From an uncultured Rickettsiales bacterium (GTDB lineage: Bacteria > Pseudomonadota > Alphaproteobacteria > Rickettsiales > UBA8987): 64,000 nucleotides of DNA. A program made the position numbers and the translations under genes. Location: the NCBI GenBank assembly GCA_964445765.1, contig CAYULD010000003.1, positions 147,480 to 211,479 of the forward strand, in the 5' to 3' direction. The notes beneath the pieces are model-generated. The model was given only the letters and a program-made list of their open reading frames with translations, did no database searches and had not been told where the DNA came from. Shown piece after piece: positions 54,440 through 62,856 of this stretch; the stretch's first letter is position 1; the number at the start of each line of letters is the position of its first letter.

Positions 54440-55666
54440 ATGCAAGAATTTACATATAAAAATTTTGCTCATAAAGTTTTAATATCTTTAAATAAATTTT
54501 ATCCGCTCATTCTCGTTTTAGCTATTTTATATTTTTTGCAGAATTTCTATCTTAATATTACCCCCTCAAAATGTGAAGGGCTTGGTGATTGTGTAAAATA
54601 TTCTCAAATGGCAGAAAATTTTGGTAATAATAATCAGGTGAAGATTGAAACCCCCTTTAATTTAAGAATTTTAGCACCTTATTTATCTAGCTTAATTTCT
54701 AAAGATACTCAGATTGCTTTTAAGATTTTGAATTCTGTTTCAATTTTAGTATTCTGTTTTTTTTCCTTTTTTACCCTTAAAAAATTGGAAATTAATAATT
54801 ATTATTCAGCAATTTTTTTCTCTTGGTTTTTTCTTCACCCTTTAGGTTTTCAATATTACTTTGTAGTGCCTGTAATGGTTGATATGCTATATTATGCAGC
54901 ACTTAGTATAATTATTTATTTAGCTGTAACTAAAGAAAAGTTTTTAATATGGTTAGCGTTCCTCACTTTTGCTTTTATAAAAGAGACAATTATTTTTATA
55001 GCCCTAATTTACTATTTATGTCTAATAGTTAATGAATTAAAAGAAAAAAATGTAAAAAAAATATCTTTCAACTTTTTTAGCCTAGTATTCTTTTTTCTGA
55101 TTTATAATCTAATTAAAGAAAATATTGTTCTTAATAAATTTCCTAACCTGCAAGAGTGGGAAGTTACGCCATTAACCACTGTAAAATGGTTTTTTAATGA
55201 GCTTTTGAAAGATTATAACAGGCTTATAATTTGGTTTTGCTCGTTTTTTTGTGCGGTAGGCTTTTATTTTTTGTCTATTTTTAATTTTAGTATAAAAAAT
55301 TTATTTATTAATTTATATGAAAATATAACGCTTCAAGGTTTCTTATTTTTAATTTCCTGTGCTATGATTTTATTCGGAATTTTAGCTGGATCAGATATGA
55401 CAAGAATAATCTTTAATGGTTCACAATTTATTTTATTATTTAGTTTTTTAGTTATCAAGAAAAATTCAAAACTAAATATTTCTGATTATTTAATTCCCTT
55501 ATTTAGCTTTTTACTATTATTTTCGTATAGTAAATTTTTTCCAAGCAACTTAGAATATAAATATTATTACGAAAAAGAAATTACTCCATATTTTAGCTTA
55601 GGATTTATTTTTTTAATTACTTCTATTGGTCTAATTTTTTTGTTAAAAAAGTACAAAGCTGAATGA
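54440..55666 (+). CDS. Polytopic integral membrane protein; candidate GT-C-type glycosyltransferase or polymerase
   Basis: 408 aa with about 10-12 hydrophobic segments and a first loop of about 45 residues containing acidic residues. No family recognised by eye. The function is inferred only from position. Confidence 0.35.
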   Translation: MQEFTYKNFAHKVLISLNKFYPLILVLAILYFLQNFYLNITPSKCEGLGDCVKYSQMAENFGNNNQVKIETPFNLRILAPYLSSLISKDTQIAFKILNSVSILVFCFFSFFTLKKLEINNYYSAIFFSWFFLHPLGFQYYFVVPVMVDMLYYAALSIIIYLAVTKEKFLIWLAFLTFAFIKETIIFIALIYYLCLIVNELKEKNVKKISFNFFSLVFFFLIYNLIKENIVLNKFPNLQEWEVTPLTTVKWFFNELLKDYNRLIIWFCSFFCAVGFYFLSIFNFSIKNLFINLYENITLQGFLFLISCAMILFGILAGSDMTRIIFNGSQFILLFSFLVIKKNSKLNISDYLIPLFSFLLLFSYSKFFPSNLEYKYYYEKEITPYFSLGFIFLITSIGLIFLLKKYKAE

Positions 55667-56520
55667 ATTATTTTACTATATTAACAAGGGGTAGAACAGG
55701 CTCAACTGCTGTTATTGATTATCTCAACAGGGTTCCTAATGTTGCGTGCTATCAAGAATTATTCAAATATAGCCCCGGATTAAAACAAGAAATTAAAGAT
55801 ATTATAAATTCTGAGCTAGGTGTTTCAGGAAAAGTAAATTTTGAAACAAAAGTTATAGATAAACAACCCTTAGATTATGATTTTTACTCAAACTATTTTG
55901 GCAAAGATATTACTAAATATCTAGATTATCTAATGGAGTATTCTAATAGAAAAAAATTGTTTTTTGTAAAAAATAATAAAAATTTTATAGGTTTTAAGTT
56001 ATTATTTAATCATTTAGAGCATTTTTCTAACTCAGAAAATTTATTGCAAATTTTAGTTAATAATGGATGTAAATTTTTAATTCTTAGAAGAAAAAACCCT
56101 CTTAAAGAAGCATTATCTGGTGTGATTGCTAGTAATAGGGGAACATTTAACATTAATAAAAAAACTGAAAAAGAAAAATTTAATAATTTTAAGAAAAATA
56201 TATTTAATAAAAAAATAAAAATATCTTCTAAACAAGTTGCTGATGAAGTAGCTTACATTGAATATAATTATCCAATATTTGAAAAGATTTTATTGGATTC
56301 ATCAGCGTCATATAAATATATATATTATGAAGATCTTCTATATAATAAAGATAAATTTATAAGAGATGTATGCCATTTTATTGGTTGTGATAGCAAGTTT
56401 AATCTATTTGAAAACAACTATGTAAAAATAACCCCTGATGATTTATCTAATATAATAGAAAATTATGATGAGTTTGTTAGAGAAATCAGGGAAGTTCATC
56501 AAATTGAATATGAATTATAA
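55663..56520 (+). CDS. NodH/Stf0-like P-loop sulfotransferase
   Basis: The N-terminus FTILTRGRTGSTAVIDYLNRVPNVACYQELF parallels the 5'-PSB loop region of NodH-type sulfotransferases (RTG-T/S ... HPNV ... EL). ATGA overlap with the upstream gene. Confidence 0.55.
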   Translation: MNYFTILTRGRTGSTAVIDYLNRVPNVACYQELFKYSPGLKQEIKDIINSELGVSGKVNFETKVIDKQPLDYDFYSNYFGKDITKYLDYLMEYSNRKKLFFVKNNKNFIGFKLLFNHLEHFSNSENLLQILVNNGCKFLILRRKNPLKEALSGVIASNRGTFNINKKTEKEKFNNFKKNIFNKKIKISSKQVADEVAYIEYNYPIFEKILLDSSASYKYIYYEDLLYNKDKFIRDVCHFIGCDSKFNLFENNYVKITPDDLSNIIENYDEFVREIREVHQIEYEL

Positions 56521-57519
56521 AGTATTTTTTGAAAATATAGGTATATTCAAAAAATAAAATCTATTTTTCCCACCTTTCACAACACACTTAAATAAACTGA
56601 TTCCGAAGAATTTTACAACTGTTTTTTGGAAGGTTTTTTTTATATGCAAAATTTTTATACCAAAAATTGAAATTATTTTTTCATAATCTTTATATTTTTT
56701 CCATAAATCTTCTTTACCAAATTCAATCGCTTTTTGGTGCTCAAGCAAATAAGTTTGTTTTTTTGCTTCATTCATCCAGTCAAAATTATTAGAGGTGCTG
56801 GAATAATGTTTTCTATAATAAGTTATTGCATTATTATTAAACTTAAAATTACCAATTTTAGCAAGCTGTAAAACTAAAAACCAATCTTCTAATTTTGCGA
56901 TTTCAGAATAGCCCCCAACTGCATCAAAAGCAGATTTTTTTATTAAAAAACCATTTGGAATATAATTCCCTTTTAATAGAGATTCATATGAGCCAAACTG
57001 AGGGGAGTTAAAATTTACATCCGGCCTTTTTGATAAAATTAACTCATCAAAACTAAATATTTTTGCGGAATTTTTATCATAAGTTTTTTGCTCTTTTTCT
57101 TTTAGATAAAAAATTTTATTATTTTCATCTACGAAATAATTTTTGCCAACCGCTAAAACAAGATTTTCATCTTCTTCAAAAGTTTTAACTAAAATTTCTA
57201 TGGTATTATTTTCAATAAAATCATCAGAGGCAATTGGGAATAAATAGAAGCCATTAATATATTGTTTTGCCTTACATAAACTTTTTTGTAAGCCAAGATT
57301 TGCTTCATTTTTAATGAATTTTACGAAGATATTTTTCTCAGTAAAATTTGGTAAGAAATTTTCAATTTCTAAAGCGGTATTATCAGTTGAAAAATCATCA
57401 ATAATAATAAGCTCTAAATTTTTATAAGTTTGATTTAATATAGATTGCAAACAAGTTTTAATATAATTCTGATGATTATATGATGGTATTAAAACGCTAA
57501 CAAGTTTGCTTTCAAGCAT
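56515..57519 (-). CDS. Family 2 glycosyltransferase
   Basis: VSVLIPSYNHQNYIKTCLQSILNQTYKNLELIIIDDFSTDNT. Confidence 0.85.
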   Translation of the reverse strand: MLESKLVSVLIPSYNHQNYIKTCLQSILNQTYKNLELIIIDDFSTDNTALEIENFLPNFTEKNIFVKFIKNEANLGLQKSLCKAKQYINGFYLFPIASDDFIENNTIEILVKTFEEDENLVLAVGKNYFVDENNKIFYLKEKEQKTYDKNSAKIFSFDELILSKRPDVNFNSPQFGSYESLLKGNYIPNGFLIKKSAFDAVGGYSEIAKLEDWFLVLQLAKIGNFKFNNNAITYYRKHYSSTSNNFDWMNEAKKQTYLLEHQKAIEFGKEDLWKKYKDYEKIISIFGIKILHIKKTFQKTVVKFFGISLFKCVVKGGKNRFYFLNIPIFSKNTL

Positions 57520-57543
57520 AGTAAATAATATTTGAAAGCCTAT

Positions 57544-59436
57544 TTAAGCGACTTTTCTTTCTTTTTCTAGTTTTTTTAGATAAACCATAATAGCCGCAGT
57601 TGCAGCAGGTGTTATGCCCGGTATTCTGCCAGCAGCACCTAGTGTAGCAGGGCGAATACGATTTAATTTTTCTCTCACCTCATTTGATAAACTATCAACT
57701 TCAAAAAAGTTAATTTCAGTTGGAATTTTAACTGATTCATCTTTACGAAATTGCTTTATTTCTGCCTCTTGCCTTTCTAAATAGCCGGTATAAAGGGCTT
57801 GGATTTCAATTTGTTCAATTACATCTTTTGAAAAACCAGAAAGTGAATTTGCATAAATATTTTTAAGAATTTCAAAAGTAACATTTGGCAAAGAGAGTAA
57901 TTGAATTAAATTTCTGCGAACGCCATCTTGATTAATTTTTATACCAAGTTTTTCAACTTCAACTGGGGTTAGTTGAATTGCCTCCATCTCAGATTTTAAC
58001 TTGTTTAAGTTATTTAGTTTTTGGCTAAAAATTTGCGTTCTTTTTGCCCCAGCAAAATTTCGCTCAATCGCTTTTGGCGTTAGTCTTAAATCAGCATTAT
58101 CAGCCCTCATAATAAGGCGATATTCCGCACGAGAAGTGAACATTCTATAAGGCTCAGAAGTGCCAAGCGTGATTAAATCATCAATTAAAACCCCAATATA
58201 GGCTTCACTTCTATCAAGTGTGAATTCTTCCCTTTTTAGAGCTTTGAAGCCAGCATTTAAGCCAGCAATAAGCCCTTGTGCACCGGCTTCTTCATAGCCT
58301 GTAGTGCCGTTAATTTGCCCTGCTAAAAATAAGCCATTTATTTTCTTAGTTTCAAGCGTGTTTTTCAGCTCTCTTGGGTCAATATAATCATATTCAATCG
58401 CATAGCCATATTGGGTTATTACACAATTTTCCAAGCCTTTGATTGAATGGACATAGGCATCTTGCACATCACGAGGCAGAGAAGTTGAAATACCATTTGG
58501 ATAAACTAAATCTGAATCAAGCCCTTCTGGTTCAAGAAAAATTTGGTGGCGTTCTTTATCACGAAAACGATTTATTTTATCTTCAATAGATGGGCAATAT
58601 CTTGGCCCTACGCCTTTTATTTCACCTGAATACATTGCTGATTTATGAATATTATCTGCAATTATTTGATGGGTTTTTTCATTGGTGTAAGTTATTGAGC
58701 AATGAATTTGCGGAACTTCAACCTTATCAGTTAAATATGAAAATGGATTTGGAATAGCATCACCAATTTGAGGCTCTAAAACGGAATAATCAATTGATGA
58801 TTTCAAAATTCTAGGCGGGGTGCCAGTTTTTAATCTACCAAGTTGAAAGCCTATTTTTTCAAGAGTTTCTGATAGTTTTATAGATGGCTTTTCGGCTTTT
58901 TTATCTTCACCATAACGCCCTGCTGGGGTTTTTTCATCACCAATGTGAATTAAGCCTCGCAAGAAAGTTCCAGTTGTTAAAACCACTGAATCACACTCAA
59001 ATTTTGAGCCATTTTCTGTAATTACTGCTTTAACTTTTTCATTTTCAATTTCAATATCATCAACGCCATCTGCAAATACATCAAGATTTTCATAATTGAG
59101 AATAACTTGTTGCATTGCTTGTTTGTAGAGTTTTCTATCCGCCTGTGCGCGAGGGCCCCATACCGCTGGGCCTTTAGATGCATTGAGTGTTTTATAGTGA
59201 ATACCTGCTTTATCAGTAACTTCCGCCATCACGCCGCCAAGTGCATCAATTTCTTTAACTAAAGTTCCTTTAGCAACGCCACCAATAGCTGGGTTACAGC
59301 TCATCTGCCCTATAGTTTCAATCTTATGAGTAATAAGTAAGGTTTTTGCCCCTGTCCGTGCGGAAGCAGTTGCGGCTTCACAGCCAGCATGCCCCCCACC
59401 AATAACCACAACATCATATTTATTTTTATAGTTCAT
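57544..59436 (-). CDS. mnmG: tRNA uridine 5-carboxymethylaminomethyl modification enzyme
   Basis: [18 protein letters not shown] motif and a full-length 630 aa GidA layout. Confidence 0.97.
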   Translation of the reverse strand: MNYKNKYDVVVIGGGHAGCEAATASARTGAKTLLITHKIETIGQMSCNPAIGGVAKGTLVKEIDALGGVMAEVTDKAGIHYKTLNASKGPAVWGPRAQADRKLYKQAMQQVILNYENLDVFADGVDDIEIENEKVKAVITENGSKFECDSVVLTTGTFLRGLIHIGDEKTPAGRYGEDKKAEKPSIKLSETLEKIGFQLGRLKTGTPPRILKSSIDYSVLEPQIGDAIPNPFSYLTDKVEVPQIHCSITYTNEKTHQIIADNIHKSAMYSGEIKGVGPRYCPSIEDKINRFRDKERHQIFLEPEGLDSDLVYPNGISTSLPRDVQDAYVHSIKGLENCVITQYGYAIEYDYIDPRELKNTLETKKINGLFLAGQINGTTGYEEAGAQGLIAGLNAGFKALKREEFTLDRSEAYIGVLIDDLITLGTSEPYRMFTSRAEYRLIMRADNADLRLTPKAIERNFAGAKRTQIFSQKLNNLNKLKSEMEAIQLTPVEVEKLGIKINQDGVRRNLIQLLSLPNVTFEILKNIYANSLSGFSKDVIEQIEIQALYTGYLERQEAEIKQFRKDESVKIPTEINFFEVDSLSNEVREKLNRIRPATLGAAGRIPGITPAATAAIMVYLKKLEKERKVA

Positions 59437-59580
59437 AACAAAATAAATCTCGCGTAATATAAAAATTATGAGGGGTGTTTATACCAAAATCTGCCAAAAA
59501 TCAAGGCTAAAGCTGAGTATTTACTTGTTACTGAATGCGATACATTATGGTTAATAAGCTATTGAAGAAGTATAAACGCA

Positions 59581-59725
59581 TTATTCCTCCCCTGCTAGCG
59601 GGGGAGGTTAGGTGGGGGTGTGGTTAAGATTGGCTATGAAAAAAGATTTTACCTCTTTTCACCCCCCTCTAACTCCCCCCGCAAGCAGGGGGAGAACTAA
59701 AGCGTAAAATCAACTGGTTAGCATC
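59581..59725. repeat. Family A palindromic repeat element (compact copy with two opposed C-run/G-run hairpins)
   Basis: cctcccctgctagcgggggagg at 59586-59607 and ctccccccgcaagcagggggag at 59674-59695. The reverse complement of 59660-59725 aligns with 1168-1235. Confidence 0.8.
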
Positions 59726-59781
59726 TATAATGTATCAGCCTATTGTTACTGGGGATATTATAAGCTAATTAATAATGGTTT

Positions 59782-60651
59782 TTAAGCTAATTTATAAATA
59801 TATATTGTTTGTTTCTCGCATAAAACTTGGTATTTTTTACAGAGCTTAATTAAATCTTGATGATTAATTAGAGCAATTTTACCATCTTTATAATTCTGAG
59901 CTTCTTCTTTGGATTTTTGGCTAAAATCTGAAGTTGTTATAAAAACTCCTTTGTTCTCTCTAACATTATACAAAAATTCTTTCATATCCTTTGGTTGGAT
60001 TGTTCCACTATCCCATTTTTTAGCTTGAATATAAATCTTTCCTTTTATACCTAATTCATCCTCATAAATTTCTCCATCAATTCCACCATCCCCAACTCTA
60101 ATTTTCCTCTTTGAAGCAACTCCATATCCCATTCTTTCAAGTAAATTCGCACATAAATCTTCAAATTCTTGCCATGATAATTGTTTAATTTTATTTAGAA
60201 GAGCGGTATCAAATTCATTTTCTACTTTATCTAGTTCATCTTCTAAATCAAAGCTCGCTATATTCTCGTTTTCATCACTAAAATTATCTGATTTATTTTT
60301 TATAACTCTCCAATTATTTTCAAAATTTTGTGAGTTTTCTTGTAAATACTTTGTAGTAATAGAAATTTTATTTTCTTTAGCCTTTTTTAACTCTTGCTTT
60401 CCTAAATCGGTAATTTTATAAATTGCTCTTCTCTCTGTTAATTCTATATATTCGGCCTTAGTTAAATAAGTAAAAGCCCAGCCTAATCTGTTTTCAAACT
60501 GATTAACCCCTGAGCTAATTTTTAATGCTTTTTCCTCAGGACTTAGATTAAAATTATTTATTAAAATCTCACTTGCAGATTTTCTGCTATGATTAGATTC
60601 TGATAGTAATTCTAACAATGGCATCAATAAATCTTGGTAGGTTGGCATCAT
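59782..60651 (-). CDS. mrr: Mrr-family type IV restriction endonuclease
   Basis: N-terminal Mrr_N-like winged helix (PTYQDLLMPLLELL). C-terminal catalytic region FEDLCANLLERMGY...GDGGIDGEI...IYIQAKKW. Confidence 0.8.
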   Translation of the reverse strand: MMPTYQDLLMPLLELLSESNHSRKSASEILINNFNLSPEEKALKISSGVNQFENRLGWAFTYLTKAEYIELTERRAIYKITDLGKQELKKAKENKISITTKYLQENSQNFENNWRVIKNKSDNFSDENENIASFDLEDELDKVENEFDTALLNKIKQLSWQEFEDLCANLLERMGYGVASKRKIRVGDGGIDGEIYEDELGIKGKIYIQAKKWDSGTIQPKDMKEFLYNVRENKGVFITTSDFSQKSKEEAQNYKDGKIALINHQDLIKLCKKYQVLCEKQTIYIYKLA

Positions 60652-60677
60652 ATAAAAATACTTATTTGTTTTTTAAT

Positions 60678-61124
60678 TCAATTCGGCATTCTAAGTTGTT
60701 CGGTGCTATCAAGGGAAAACACAGGTATGAGAGCCTTTTTAAGGGTGTTATCAGTAGTTTTGAATTCATAATGGCCGTGCATCAACCCAGATGGTGTTGT
60801 AAGTGATACAGAGCTTGCATAATCAAACTTGCTTTTAGGCTCAATAACAGGTTGAAGGCCAACAACGCCGTGGCCATTAACTTCTTGCACTAAACCTTTG
60901 CCATCTGTTATGTGCCAATATCTAGTAATTAGTTGAACGGCTTCACTTCCTTTATTTTCAATTTTGATGTGATAAGCCCATACATAATGGTTATCAATAG
61001 GTGAAGATTCAAGCTCAAGATATTCCGGCTTGACATTAACCACAATATTTTCAGTTTGTAAGGTGTAAGAATAATTTGCCACTTGTATAAATTTTTTTAG
61101 TAAGTAATTTTTGACACATAACAA
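60678..61124 (-). CDS. apaG: ApaG (DUF525) protein
   Basis: VWAYHIKIENKGSEAVQLITRYWHITDGKGLVQEVNGHGVVGLQPVI matches the ApaG core. Confidence 0.85.
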   Translation of the reverse strand: MLCVKNYLLKKFIQVANYSYTLQTENIVVNVKPEYLELESSPIDNHYVWAYHIKIENKGSEAVQLITRYWHITDGKGLVQEVNGHGVVGLQPVIEPKSKFDYASSVSLTTPSGLMHGHYEFKTTDNTLKKALIPVFSLDSTEQLRMPN

Positions 61125-61153
61125 ATTTTATAAAACTTTGCTAGCTATAGAAT

Positions 61154-62776
61154 ATGAAAATACTAGAAGTAAATAATTTAACAATAAAATCTAGCAATAA
61201 TATTTTAGTTGATAATGTAAATTTTGCAATCAACAAAGGTGAAGTTTTTGCATTAGTTGGGCAGAGTGGCAGTGGAAAATCCCTTACCGCTAATTCGGTT
61301 TTGGGTTTAACAAAGTTTTTGGGTAATTTTGAAATTTCTGGCAGTATTCATTTTACTGATAATCAAAATGAAACTGATAATCTGCTTGAGCTTCCAGAAT
61401 CAGAAATTAGAACAATTAGGGGTGATAAAATCTCAATGATTTTTCAAGACCCCATGACAAGCCTTAACCCACTTCATAGAATTGGCAAACAACTTGAAGA
61501 GGCGATAGAGCTTCACCAGAAAATCGGTAAAAGAAAGCTCCAAAAAAGAATAGAGCATTTGTTAGATGATGTTGAGCTTTCAATTCTAAAAGATAGGCTT
61601 GATGCCTTTCCGCACGAATTATCAGGCGGGCAAAGGCAAAGAATTATGATAGCAATGGCTTTAGCCAATAACCCCAATTTACTTATCGCTGATGAGCCAA
61701 CCACCGCACTTGATGTTACGGTGCAAAAAGAGATTTTGGAATTATTAAAGAAGCTGAAAAAAGAAAAATCCCTCTCAATTCTTCTAATAACTCACGATTT
61801 AACAGTGGTTGCAAATATCGCTGATAGAATTGCCGTTATGCACAAGGGCAGAATTGTAGAGCAGGGGGAAGCCAAGCAGATTCTTGAAAGCCCAGTTGAT
61901 GATTATACCAAAAAATTAATGGCATCAGTTCCTAGTGGCAGCCCAAAACCTATTCCAGAGCCTATGCAAGAGGTTTTATCGGTAAATAAATTTTATATAA
62001 AATATGGTATTGGTAAATCAATTTTTGGTGTAACAAATAAATATTTTAAGGCATTAAAAAACTTTGAGTTAAACCTTTATAAAGGGCAAACTATTGCAGT
62101 TGTTGGCGAGAGTGGCAGTGGTAAATCTTCCTTTGCTAAAGGGGTGCTAAAATTAGTGCCATCTAAAGGTAAAATATTTCTCAAGCATAAAAATATTTCA
62201 AGATTACCAGAATTTTTATTCAGACCATTTAGAAGAAAGCTCCAAGTTGTTTTTCAAGATCCCTATTCAAGCCTAAACCCTAGAATGACTATTGCAGATA
62301 TTATTAAAGAGGGCGTAATAGCACATCGCAAGCATTTTAAGTATCATAATCATATCAATATTTCTGAAGATGAGCTTAATGAATATATTGGAGAGATGAT
62401 TGAAAAAATGAACCTGCCTAAATCATACTTAACCAGATACCCCCATCAATTATCAGGTGGTGAAAAGCAAAGGGTTTGCATTGCAAGGGCGTTAATTCTA
62501 AACCCTGATATAATAGTTCTTGATGAGCCAACCAGTGCCTTAGATTTAATAAACCAAGCGGAAATATTAAATATTTTGAAAAATTTGCAATCTGAGCATA
62601 AAATTTCTTATATATTTATAAGCCACGATTTAAGAGTGGTTAGAAGCCTTAGCCATTATGTTATAGTTCTAAAGAATGGCAAAATTATTGAGCAAGGCGA
62701 AACTGAAAAAATTTTCACTAATCCAGAAAATGATTACACCAAAAACCTTATTCAAAGTGCTTACCTAGTTGCCTAA
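61154..62776 (+). CDS. ABC transporter ATP-binding protein with two fused ATPase domains (YejF/oligopeptide type)
   Basis: Two Walker A sites (GQSGSGKS, GESGSGKS) and two LSGG signatures (LSGGQRQR, LSGGEKQR). No permease or binding-protein gene is adjacent. Confidence 0.85.
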   Translation: MKILEVNNLTIKSSNNILVDNVNFAINKGEVFALVGQSGSGKSLTANSVLGLTKFLGNFEISGSIHFTDNQNETDNLLELPESEIRTIRGDKISMIFQDPMTSLNPLHRIGKQLEEAIELHQKIGKRKLQKRIEHLLDDVELSILKDRLDAFPHELSGGQRQRIMIAMALANNPNLLIADEPTTALDVTVQKEILELLKKLKKEKSLSILLITHDLTVVANIADRIAVMHKGRIVEQGEAKQILESPVDDYTKKLMASVPSGSPKPIPEPMQEVLSVNKFYIKYGIGKSIFGVTNKYFKALKNFELNLYKGQTIAVVGESGSGKSSFAKGVLKLVPSKGKIFLKHKNISRLPEFLFRPFRRKLQVVFQDPYSSLNPRMTIADIIKEGVIAHRKHFKYHNHINISEDELNEYIGEMIEKMNLPKSYLTRYPHQLSGGEKQRVCIARALILNPDIIVLDEPTSALDLINQAEILNILKNLQSEHKISYIFISHDLRVVRSLSHYVIVLKNGKIIEQGETEKIFTNPENDYTKNLIQSAYLVA

Positions 62777-62856
62777 AAATTATTGTAATAATTTGACGAA
62801 ACTATCTAATAATGTTAAGAAAAAAGAAGATATATATAAAATTTTCTTCTTTCCTT

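Noticed and set aside
59495-59512. atctgccaaaaatcaagg upstream of mnmG as another operator copy
   Set aside because: Only the left arm and spacer resemble the ATCTGCA-N4-TGCAGAT palindrome. The right arm is absent.
59437-59781. Replication origin next to mnmG (gidA)
   Set aside because: No DnaA-box-like TTATCCACA/TGTGGATAA motifs were seen, and the region is mostly a family A repeat. To my knowledge alphaproteobacterial origins are usually not gidA-linked.
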